From positions 282,951 through 346,950 of the forward strand of contig JBBRRY010000001.1 of NCBI GenBank assembly GCA_038245905.1: a stretch of 64,000 bases of DNA, given 5' to 3'. Both the position numbers and the translations under genes were made by a program. Origin of the DNA: Thermoanaerobaculia bacterium. GTDB taxonomy: Bacteria; Acidobacteriota; Thermoanaerobaculia; UBA5066. The notes below the pieces were generated by a model. That model searched no databases, was not told the DNA's origin, and saw only the letters and a program-made list of their open reading frames with translations. Below are positions 13,599-22,024 of the stretch, in pieces. Each line of letters begins with the position of its first letter. The first letter of the stretch is position 1.

Positions 13599-15087
13599 CG
13601 GGCTCCGGTCTCCGCAGAGACAGCAGCCATCCTGTTCCGAACGCGATCGTGGAGCCGATGAGGGAGTACCAGGGCCACGCGATCGCCTTGCCGAGCGGGA
13701 ACGGGATCCAGCCCTTCGAGCCGAGCCACAAGACGAACATGAAGACGGCGGATGTTGCGATGCCGATCATCGCGTCTGTCTGAGTCGCCTTCTTCGCCCA
13801 GAGGGCAAGGAGGAAGCCTCCGAGGAGTCCGCCCGCGGTGACGCTCGCGAGACCGAGCGCGACCTGCACGGCCGGGACGTTCTGCGGCAGGCGCGAGAAC
13901 CCGACGGCGAGAGCGGCGAGAACGATCGTCCAGAAGAGGGTGAGCAGCTTGCCGAGAACGAGCCCGCGCCTTCCCTCCACGTGCTTCCTACCCATTAGGG
14001 GCGCGACGATGTCCATCGCGAGGGCCGACGCGAGCGAGTTGAGCGCGGACGACTCCGAGCACATCGCGGCAGAGAAGATCCCGGCGACGAGCCAGGCAGA
14101 GACGAACGGCGGCAGGCTCGTCACGATGAACGTCGGCAGGATCGCGTCCGAGGACGCGAACCCGCCCGGCCCGACGACGCGCCCGCCGTAGAACGCGAAC
14201 ATCCCGACGCCGAGCGCGAGGAACAGCGTGAACTGCAGGATCACGAGGACGCCTGAGCCGATGAGGGCCTTCTGCGCGTCGCGCAGGCCGCGGCACGCCA
14301 ACAATCTCTGGACGATCAGCTGGTCGGCGCCGTGGGACGCCATGGCGAGGACTGCCCCACCTATGATTCCGGCCCACAGCGTGTACGGTTCGGAAAGATT
14401 CTTTGAAAGGTTAAAGAGCGAGACGGGTCTGCCGAGCTCCGAACACCTTCTAAGAATCTCCTCCCATCCCCCTCCGAATGAATGGAGGAGCACCCAAAGA
14501 GCCATCGTCGCGCCCGAGATGTACACGAAGACCTGGATGAGGTCGATCCAGATCACGGCCTTGATGCCGCCGACGTACGTGTAGAGCGCCGTCGCGGCCG
14601 CGAGAATCAGGATGGCGACCCAGACGGGGATCCCGAGGATAAGGGCGATTGGGATCGCGGGCACCGCGAGGCGGACGCTCGCGGCCATCACCCGCGTGAC
14701 CATGAAGATGACGGACGTGAACCGCCGCGCGCCGACACCGAAGCGGCGCTCGAGGAGCGCGTACGCCGTCGTAATCTCTCCGTGGAAGTATCCAGGCAGG
14801 AGCAGGAACGACACGGCGATCCGCCCGATCAGGTAGCCGAACGCGAGCTGCAGGAACGTGAAGCCGGTCCGGTACGCGTCGCCCGGCACGGAGAGAAAAG
14901 TCAGGGCCGATGTCTCCGTCGCGACGATGGACGCCATGACGGCCCACCACGGCATGGCGTGGCCGCCCAGGAAATAGTCCTTCGCGTCCTTCTGGCCCTT
15001 TCCGAGCCAGGCGCCGAGCACGTTGATACCGGCGAGGTACAGCGCGATCGCGATGAGCGTCGGCAGCCCGAGGGAAATCCCTTCCAT
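13582..15087 (-). CDS. Sodium:solute symporter (SSS/SLC5 family)
   Basis: ATG 15087; DYFLGG...SIVATETSALTFLSVPG, GGIKAVIWID, GADQLIVQRLLAC; about 13 TM segments. Confidence 0.92.
   Translation of the reverse strand: MEGISLGLPTLIAIALYLAGINVLGAWLGKGQKDAKDYFLGGHAMPWWAVMASIVATETSALTFLSVPGDAYRTGFTFLQLAFGYLIGRIAVSFLLLPGYFHGEITTAYALLERRFGVGARRFTSVIFMVTRVMAASVRLAVPAIPIALILGIPVWVAILILAAATALYTYVGGIKAVIWIDLIQVFVYISGATMALWVLLHSFGGGWEEILRRCSELGRPVSLFNLSKNLSEPYTLWAGIIGGAVLAMASHGADQLIVQRLLACRGLRDAQKALIGSGVLVILQFTLFLALGVGMFAFYGGRVVGPGGFASSDAILPTFIVTSLPPFVSAWLVAGIFSAAMCSESSALNSLASALAMDIVAPLMGRKHVEGRRGLVLGKLLTLFWTIVLAALAVGFSRLPQNVPAVQVALGLASVTAGGLLGGFLLALWAKKATQTDAMIGIATSAVFMFVLWLGSKGWIPFPLGKAIAWPWYSLIGSTIAFGTGWLLSLRRPEPATSRA
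14396..14459. repeat. Dispersed motif pair inside the SSS gene (reverse 14396-14410, forward 14446-14459)
   Basis: AGATTCTTTGAAAGG and CCTTCTAAGAATCT followed by a C/T tract. Confidence 0.7.
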
Positions 15088-15135
15088 GTGGGCGGGATGA
15101 TCACACAGGGGCCTCGCTTCGCTTAAGCTCGCGGA

Positions 15136-18100
15136 GTGACCCCGACTGTCGAACGCAACCGGCTCCTTCAGGAGCTCGCCGCGTTCTGCGAGGCTCACCC
15201 CGTAGACGAGAAGATCCTCCTCGTCCCGTCCTTCCCGGTTGGCCAGCAGATCCTCGACTCGCTCGCGCGCTCCGGCTGCGCCCACCTGAATCTCCGGCCC
15301 GCGACCGTCTTCTCGCTGGCGCACGGGATCGCGGGTCCGTCGCTCGCGGCGGAAGGCAAGCGCCTCCTCTCGCGCGCGCAGCTCCTCTCCGTGGTGGAGT
15401 CGGCCTGCGACGAGGTCCTGAAGGAAGGTTCTTATTTCGGGAAGCTCCGCGAGCGCGTGGGCCTCCACCGCGCACTCCAGCGCACGCTCGACGAGCTGCG
15501 GCGGGCGGGGCTCGGCGCGGCGCCGCTGCCCGTGTCCGCTTTCGAGGAGCCGCGAAAGGGCCGCGAGCTCGCCGCGCTCGCCCGGGCGTACGCAAAGGCG
15601 CTCGCCGCGCTGGGTGCGGCGGACTCTGCGGATGTGCTGCACAGGGCCGTCTCGCTTTGCGCGGCCGGATCTCGTCTCTCGGAGTCCGCGCACCTGCTCC
15701 GCCCCTCGGGCCTCGAGCCCGCCACGCTCGAAGAAACGTTTCTCGCCGCCTTCGCCCGGCAGATCGTGACGCTCGTCGAGGATTCTCCGGAATATGGAGC
15801 GCAGTCCGTGGACGTGATGTTCACGCAGGCGCTCGGCGAGGAAAACGAGGTGCGCGCCGTATTCCGGATGCTCGCAGCGGGAATTTGCGTGGCCGATTCC
15901 GTCGAGATCGTCTTCGAGGACGACGCCACCTACCGGCCGCTCGTCTACGAGCTCGCCTCGCAGTACGGCGTCCCGTGCACGTTTGCCGAGGGCATTCCGG
16001 TCGCCTACACGCTCCCGGGGCAGGGGATCCTCGACCTTCTCGACTGGGTCGCGACCGACTTCGCGTCCGCGCCGATCGAACGGCTCCTCGCCGAGGGTCG
16101 TGCCGACCTGCGTTCTTTCACGCCGAAGGGCACGCGGCCGTCGGGCCTTCGCGCGGCCCGCCTGCTCAGGCGCGCGCGGATATTCTCGGGAGCATCGCGA
16201 TGGGCGCCGCGCCTCGATGCGCTCGCCGCGCGTGAGAACGCTGCTCCCGAAGGCGACGACGCGGACGGTCTCGCCGAGAGGGCGCGGCTCGAAAGGCACG
16301 GGACGGCCATCACGCTGCGGGACTTCGCGGCGAGTCTTTTCACGCTCGTTCCGCCACCCTCACGCGGACGGATCTCCCTGCCCGCTCTCGCGCGAGCGTG
16401 TCACGCGCTGACGGGGACGCTGCTGCGTCGACGCGGCCCTCTCGACGCGGCAGCGGTGGAGGCTCTCACCGGCCTCTTCGCAGAGCTCGGCGACCTGCCG
16501 GAACGCACGCTTCCGCCGCGCGAAGCGGCCGACCGCCTGAAGGAAGCCGTTCGCAGTCTCGCTGTCGATTCCTCCACTCCGTTCCCGGGGTGCGTTCATG
16601 TTTCCCGCCTGCGGCGAGGCGGCTACGCCGCCCGCGCGCGGACCTTCGTGCTCGGACTCGACGAGGCACGCTTTCCGGGGCCTCCGCGGCAGGATCCCGT
16701 CCTCCTGGACTCGGAGAGAAGGGCCTTGAACGACGCTCTGCCCGCCGCTCACCTGACGATCCGCGGCGTCCGCGGCCCCGACGAAAGCCGGCGCGCGCTC
16801 CGCGCGGCCCTGGCGCGGGGACGCGGCCACGTATTCCTGAGTTTTTCGAACCGCGACTTTCTTCGGGACGCCGAGCGCTTCCCGTCGCCCGTGCTTCTCG
16901 ACCTCTTCCGCGAGTGCGAACGCCGGCCCGATGCGTCCTGGAGTGATTTCACGACCTCCCTGCCGCCTTCGGAGACGTTCGTTCCCTCCGGCAAGCCCCT
17001 CGACGGCTCGGAGTGGTGGCTCGCGCGTGTTCGCGAGACGCCCGGCGCGCGGGGCCTCGCGGACGAGGTGGACTCCGCCTACTCATGGCTCGCCGCCGGC
17101 ACGCGTGCGGAAGGAAAAAGATCCGGCCCGCTCTTCACGGCATGGGACGGTGCGATCCGTGCGGACGCGTCGGCGCTCGACCCGCGCCTGACGAAAGAGC
17201 CTCTCTCGGCGTCGCGCCTCGAAAAGCTCGGCCAGTGTCCGCGAAGGTTTTTTCTTCAATACGTCCTCGAGCTCACTCCGCCGGAAGAGCCCCGCGCCGA
17301 AGACGTGTGGCTGAGTGCGAGTGAGTACGGGAATCTCCTTCACCAGACGCTCTACGACTTCATGTCGGGCCTGCGCGACGAGGGACTGCGCCTCGACCCC
17401 GTTCGCGACACCGCGACGCTGAAGGCCGCCGCCGGGAGACGCCTCGGGCGCTGGCGCGAGATCGTCCCACCGCCGACGCCCGCGGCCTACCGCGCGCAGG
17501 AAGACGATCTTCTCGCGGCGTGCGACATCTTCCTGAAATCCGAGGCGGAGAACCCCGGCGCGCGCCCGCTCTATTTCGAAGTGCCGTTCGGGTTGTCACG
17601 CGGCAGTGCGTCCGAGCCTCTCGCCTCGCGCGAGCCCGTCGAGATCCGCACGAAGCGCGGCTCGTTCCTGCTGCAGGGACAGATCGACCGCATCGACGAG
17701 ACCGGACCCGGCCGCTACGCCGTCTGGGACTACAAGTCCGGCAGCGACTGGGCGTTCAAGGAGGACGACCGGCGCAGGCACCCGCTCCGCGGCGGGCGGC
17801 TCCTTCAGCACGCGCTCTACCGGCGCGCTGCGGCGACCCTTCTCGCGCGCGCGGGAACGTCCGCCGAGGAGATCGTCTCCGGATACTTCCTCCCGACGCG
17901 AAAGGGCCGCATGCAGCGCTTCCCGCTGGAAGCCCGCGACGAGGACGTGGACAGGACGCTGGACGATCTCTTCGACCTCGTGGCATCCGGAGCCTTCCCA
18001 CACACGGCCGACGAGGGTGACTGCCGCTTCTGCCCCTACACATCCATTTGCGGCGACGTCGCCGAGGCGGCCGCGCGCGCCGCCCTTAAACGCGACGCCG

Positions 18101-18156
18101 CAGGCTCCGACGCTCGACTCGAGCCTTTGCGCCGGATTCTGACGAGGGACGTGTGA
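15136..18156 (+). CDS. addB: AddB-like inactive-helicase/PD-(D/E)XK nuclease subunit
   Basis: C-terminal SASRLEKLGQCP...GQIDRID...WDYKSG...Q..LY...CRFCPYTSIC (four-Cys Fe-S staple); directly upstream of addA. Confidence 0.85.
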   Translation: MTPTVERNRLLQELAAFCEAHPVDEKILLVPSFPVGQQILDSLARSGCAHLNLRPATVFSLAHGIAGPSLAAEGKRLLSRAQLLSVVESACDEVLKEGSYFGKLRERVGLHRALQRTLDELRRAGLGAAPLPVSAFEEPRKGRELAALARAYAKALAALGAADSADVLHRAVSLCAAGSRLSESAHLLRPSGLEPATLEETFLAAFARQIVTLVEDSPEYGAQSVDVMFTQALGEENEVRAVFRMLAAGICVADSVEIVFEDDATYRPLVYELASQYGVPCTFAEGIPVAYTLPGQGILDLLDWVATDFASAPIERLLAEGRADLRSFTPKGTRPSGLRAARLLRRARIFSGASRWAPRLDALAARENAAPEGDDADGLAERARLERHGTAITLRDFAASLFTLVPPPSRGRISLPALARACHALTGTLLRRRGPLDAAAVEALTGLFAELGDLPERTLPPREAADRLKEAVRSLAVDSSTPFPGCVHVSRLRRGGYAARARTFVLGLDEARFPGPPRQDPVLLDSERRALNDALPAAHLTIRGVRGPDESRRALRAALARGRGHVFLSFSNRDFLRDAERFPSPVLLDLFRECERRPDASWSDFTTSLPPSETFVPSGKPLDGSEWWLARVRETPGARGLADEVDSAYSWLAAGTRAEGKRSGPLFTAWDGAIRADASALDPRLTKEPLSASRLEKLGQCPRRFFLQYVLELTPPEEPRAEDVWLSASEYGNLLHQTLYDFMSGLRDEGLRLDPVRDTATLKAAAGRRLGRWREIVPPPTPAAYRAQEDDLLAACDIFLKSEAENPGARPLYFEVPFGLSRGSASEPLASREPVEIRTKRGSFLLQGQIDRIDETGPGRYAVWDYKSGSDWAFKEDDRRRHPLRGGRLLQHALYRRAAATLLARAGTSAEEIVSGYFLPTRKGRMQRFPLEARDEDVDRTLDDLFDLVASGAFPHTADEGDCRFCPYTSICGDVAEAAARAALKRDAAGSDARLEPLRRILTRDV

Positions 18157-21100
18157 CGCCGAAGCGCTCGGACCTGGCGCCGGACGCGGCCGCGCGCGAT
18201 CTGGTTCGCACGTCGCTCGATACGACGCTTCTCGTGGAGGCCGGGGCGGGCTCCGGCAAGACGACGATGCTCGTGGAACGCATCCTGGCGCTCCTCCTGA
18301 GCGGAACCGCGGAGCCGGAGAACATCGCGGCCGTGACCTTCACGCGAAAGGCGGCGTCGAACCTCAGGCGCCGGTTCCAGACGGCCCTGGAGGAGGCCGC
18401 TCGCCTCGAGCCAAACCCGGAGCGCCGCGCGCGTGCCGCGTCGGCGCTCTCCGCCCTCGACCGCGTCACCGTCGGCACGATCGACTCCTTCTGCGCGACG
18501 CTCCTTGGCGAGCGCCCTCTCGAGGCGGGCGTCGATCCTGCCGCGCTCAGGGTCGAGCTTCAGGAGGCGAAGGAATTCCGCGCGCGGTTCTTTCGCGAGT
18601 ACGCGGGGCGTGCCGCGGAATCGGGCGGGCTCCTGACCGACCTCCTCCGGCTCGGCGTCCGGATGCGGGAGCTCGAGGAGACGTTCGATCTCCTTGCCGA
18701 GTATCGCGACGTCACCGTGGTCAAGGCGGATCCGCTTCCCCTGCCCGACTTCGTGATGGAACGCGCCGTGGTCGAGGACTATCTCGATCGGACGTTGCCC
18801 TGGGTGCCTCCGGTGCCGCTCGCGGCCGGGCGGGACGACCTGCAGAACGCTCTCATCAAGGCCCGTGAAGCCCGCGAGCTCCCCGAGTATCAGACGCCGG
18901 TCGGCTTCACGCGGCTCCTCGTCGAGCTGCGCAAGGCGACGAAGGGAACTCACTACAAGTGGGGCGACTCGGCGCTCGGAAAAAGGGTGAGCGACGAGTT
19001 CGTGATCCTGCGACGCGACGTCATCAAGCCCGCACTCACCGAGTGGCAGGTCGCGCTGCACGAACGGATGATGGGCGTGCTCGAACCGGGCCTTCAGGAG
19101 CTCGCGCAGGCCCTTCCCCGCGAGGGACGCTACACATATGCCGACCTCCTTCTCGCCACGCGCGATCTCCTCCGCGACTTCCCCGCCGTGCGTCGCGCGT
19201 TCTCGGCGCGCTTCACGCGAATCCTCGTGGACGAGTTCCAGGACACCGACCCGCTCCAGGCGGAGGTCCTCCTCTATCTTTCGAGCGACGATTCGGAAGA
19301 GAAAGACACGTCCCGTCTGATCCCGAGGCCTGGCGCTCTCTTCGTCGTGGGAGACCCGAAACAATCGATCTACCGCTTCCGCCGCGCCGACATCTCCGCC
19401 TACATGGACTTTCGCCGGCGCATCACGGCCGCGGGCGGTCGCGTGGTTCTCCTGACGGCGAACTTTCGCTCCGTGCCGGCGCTGACCGCCGCTGTGAACG
19501 CCGCGTTCCGGCCGCCCGTCTTTCCGAACGTGCCCGACGATCGCCAGGCCGCCTATGCCGAGCTGATGCCGGCGCGGGCCGACGCTCGACCGACTTCAGG
19601 CGTGTTTCATCTGATCTCCCGCCCGGGCGCTGACGAAGGCTCGGAAGGAGGCAACGCCGTCGACGTCGCGCGGTTCGTGCGCTGGGCCGTGGACGCGGAA
19701 TGGAAGATCTCGCCGGACGGGAAGGAGCAACCCGCTCGTTTCCGCGACTTTCTCATCCTGACTCGGGCGCGCGAGCATATCGACGAGTACGCGCGCGCGA
19801 TGGAAGACCTCGGCATTCCGGTGGACGTTTCGGGGAGCCGCGCTCTCCCGATCTCGCGCGGTCTTGCAGTTCTGCGTCCCCTCCTTGCTGCGGCGCAGGA
19901 CCCGGACGACTCCGTCGCGATCGTGGCGTTCCTTGCGGGCCCTCTGTGTGGCGTCGACGACGACGCCCTCTACGCTTTCCGCAGGGCGGGCGGCCGCTTC
20001 TCGTACCTCGCGCCGCCGCCTTCGGGCTCCGATCCGCGCATCCTTCAGGGCCTCGATCTCCTTTCCAGAGCCCGCACCGATGTTCGCGCGCTGCCCGCAG
20101 GCGCCGCCCTCGGCTCGATCGCAGACCGGATGGGCCTCGTCGCGCGGCTCGCGGCCGGGCGCCAGGGCCGAACGGCGAGCGGGAATCTCCTCAAGGTGCT
20201 CGCCCTCGCGCGCCGCCTCTCGGGCAACGGCCTGTCCTTCGGAGACGTCGTGGCGAGGCTCGCGGAGGACGCTCCCGACCTCGACCTCGAGGAAATGAGC
20301 GTCGAGCCTGTCGACGGGGACTCCGTTCGCCTCATGAACCTCCACCGCGCCAAGGGGCTCGAGGCGCCGATCGTCATCCTCGCCGAGCTGTCGAACTGGA
20401 GGAAGGCCGACCCGCGGCGGCACGTCGCACGCGGAGTCTCCGGATCGCGCGGCTGGTTCACGGCCGGGTACAACGCGCTCCTGCCCGGACGACAGAACGT
20501 CTGGATGGTCACGGCCGCACCCCGTGACTGGGACAGCCGGAAGGCCGAGGAAATCGCGTTCGAGAACGCGGAGAAGACCCGTCTCCTCTATGTCGCGGCC
20601 ACACGCGCGCGCGACACGCTCGTGGTCAGCCTGCGCGGCGTGAAGCCGGAGCTGGGAGCCTGGGGTGCGCTCCGAGGAATCACGAGGGAGCTGCCGCACG
20701 CGGTGGCGGACTTCCGTCCGTCCGCACCTTCTAAGGCGCCGGGGCTCGCGGCGGCTTTCAAGGAGGTCCCGTCCCGTGTCGCCGCCGCCCGCGCCGCAGC
20801 CTCGGCGCCGTCCTTCGGCGTCACGACCGTCACCGCTCTCGCGAAGAAGGAAGGTCCCCGCGCGCCTTCGCCCGCCGAGGAGGCGCGTGGCTCGGCGTGG
20901 GGACGCGTGCTTCACCAGATTCTCGAGGCGGCGATGCGGACGTCGGGCCTCGACCTCGAGCCCCTCGCGACGAACCTGATGAGAGACGAGGAAGTCGCGC
21001 CGGACCGCCTCGACGACGTGCTGCGCGTCGCGGCGTCGGTCACGGAGTCCGATCTCTGGGCGCGCGCCTTGAAATCGCCGAAGCGCTTCGTCGAGGTGCC

Positions 21101-21455
21101 GTTCGAGATGGTCGTGCCGTCGAAGGACCTCGGCCGGACCGACGGCCCCGCCGAGACGCTCCTCAAGGGCACGATGGACCTCGTCTTCGAGGAGGACGGC
21201 GTCTGGTACATCGTCGACTGGAAGTCCGACGTCGTCGGCGACGGCCTCGCGGGCCTCGTCGCGCACTACGCGCCGCAGGTTCGGCACTATCGGCGCGCCT
21301 GGGAGCGCCTCACCGGGCAGAGGGCCAAGGCCGGACTCTTCTTCATGGACACGGGGCACCTCGAGTGGCTGGTCGAAGAAGGAAAAGGAGAAGAGGAGAC
21401 TTCTTTGAAGGTGAAGAGGGACGGGCCCCGGCAAGGCTCGCTGTTCGGCGAATGA
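18153..21455 (+). CDS. addA: AddA-like UvrD helicase-nuclease
   Basis: AGAGSGKT, VTFTRKAA, VDEFQDT, VGDPKQSIYRFRRAD, HRAKGLE, YVAATRA; C-terminal GTMDLV...VDWKS nuclease. Confidence 0.9.
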   Translation: MTPKRSDLAPDAAARDLVRTSLDTTLLVEAGAGSGKTTMLVERILALLLSGTAEPENIAAVTFTRKAASNLRRRFQTALEEAARLEPNPERRARAASALSALDRVTVGTIDSFCATLLGERPLEAGVDPAALRVELQEAKEFRARFFREYAGRAAESGGLLTDLLRLGVRMRELEETFDLLAEYRDVTVVKADPLPLPDFVMERAVVEDYLDRTLPWVPPVPLAAGRDDLQNALIKAREARELPEYQTPVGFTRLLVELRKATKGTHYKWGDSALGKRVSDEFVILRRDVIKPALTEWQVALHERMMGVLEPGLQELAQALPREGRYTYADLLLATRDLLRDFPAVRRAFSARFTRILVDEFQDTDPLQAEVLLYLSSDDSEEKDTSRLIPRPGALFVVGDPKQSIYRFRRADISAYMDFRRRITAAGGRVVLLTANFRSVPALTAAVNAAFRPPVFPNVPDDRQAAYAELMPARADARPTSGVFHLISRPGADEGSEGGNAVDVARFVRWAVDAEWKISPDGKEQPARFRDFLILTRAREHIDEYARAMEDLGIPVDVSGSRALPISRGLAVLRPLLAAAQDPDDSVAIVAFLAGPLCGVDDDALYAFRRAGGRFSYLAPPPSGSDPRILQGLDLLSRARTDVRALPAGAALGSIADRMGLVARLAAGRQGRTASGNLLKVLALARRLSGNGLSFGDVVARLAEDAPDLDLEEMSVEPVDGDSVRLMNLHRAKGLEAPIVILAELSNWRKADPRRHVARGVSGSRGWFTAGYNALLPGRQNVWMVTAAPRDWDSRKAEEIAFENAEKTRLLYVAATRARDTLVVSLRGVKPELGAWGALRGITRELPHAVADFRPSAPSKAPGLAAAFKEVPSRVAAARAAASAPSFGVTTVTALAKKEGPRAPSPAEEARGSAWGRVLHQILEAAMRTSGLDLEPLATNLMRDEEVAPDRLDDVLRVAASVTESDLWARALKSPKRFVEVPFEMVVPSKDLGRTDGPAETLLKGTMDLVFEEDGVWYIVDWKSDVVGDGLAGLVAHYAPQVRHYRRAWERLTGQRAKAGLFFMDTGHLEWLVEEGKGEEETSLKVKRDGPRQGSLFGE

Positions 21456-21845
21456 GAAGGGCCACCGTTCTCGCCGTGATTCTCGCGGCCGGCTGCGCGT
21501 CGTCCGACTGGGCGAAGACCGAGAGCGTGCCGGGCGGCAAGCTCTACCTCCCAAAGCTCTACGCTCCGCTCCTCCCCGGCTCGATCTATCCAGACAGGAA
21601 GACGCCCCTACCGCCGAAGGGCCGCCCGGCGATCGTCGTCGTCTGCCCGGCGAAAGGCGACTGCCGGAAGAGAGAGATCCTCGATCAGGCGGCGCAACGT
21701 GGCCTCGTCGTCCTCGTCACCCGGAGAGCCGACGCCGCAATTGCCGCCCGGCCCGAGGTGGATGTCGCGCGGACCGGGATTCTCATCGTAGCCGCCGCTT
21801 CGCTGAAGGCTGAGCCCTCTCCCTCTTCCCCTTGTAAGAAAATCT
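21397..21845. repeat. Dispersed motif pair (reverse 21397-21411 at the addA 3' end, forward 21830-21845)
   Basis: AGACTTCTTTGAAGG in a long purine tract; CCTTGTAAGAAAATCT in a pyrimidine tract. Confidence 0.65.
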
Positions 21846-21994
21846 TCCTTGCTGCCCTGCTCGACAGAGAACCGCCGGAGGCCAGCGACGCGACGGCTCT
21901 CAGGCTCTATTCTCCGAACAAAAAGGGCCTTCTTCCGAACGAAGCGTTTCGCGACGCCGTCGAGTGGCTTGCAGGTGAGCTCGATGCTCGCTGA
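21452..21994 (+). CDS. Putative lipoprotein with a reduced alpha/beta-hydrolase-like pattern
   Basis: ATG 21452 overlaps the addA stop; lipobox-like LAAGC; RPAIVVV...QRGLVVLV...RPEVDVARTG...AFRDAVEWL. Confidence 0.65.
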   Translation: MRRATVLAVILAAGCASSDWAKTESVPGGKLYLPKLYAPLLPGSIYPDRKTPLPPKGRPAIVVVCPAKGDCRKREILDQAAQRGLVVLVTRRADAAIAARPEVDVARTGILIVAAASLKAEPSPSSPCKKIFLAALLDREPPEASDATALRLYSPNKKGLLPNEAFRDAVEWLAGELDAR

Positions 21995-22024
21995 GACGTG
22001 CTCTCGGCGCTAGAATTCGCGCCA

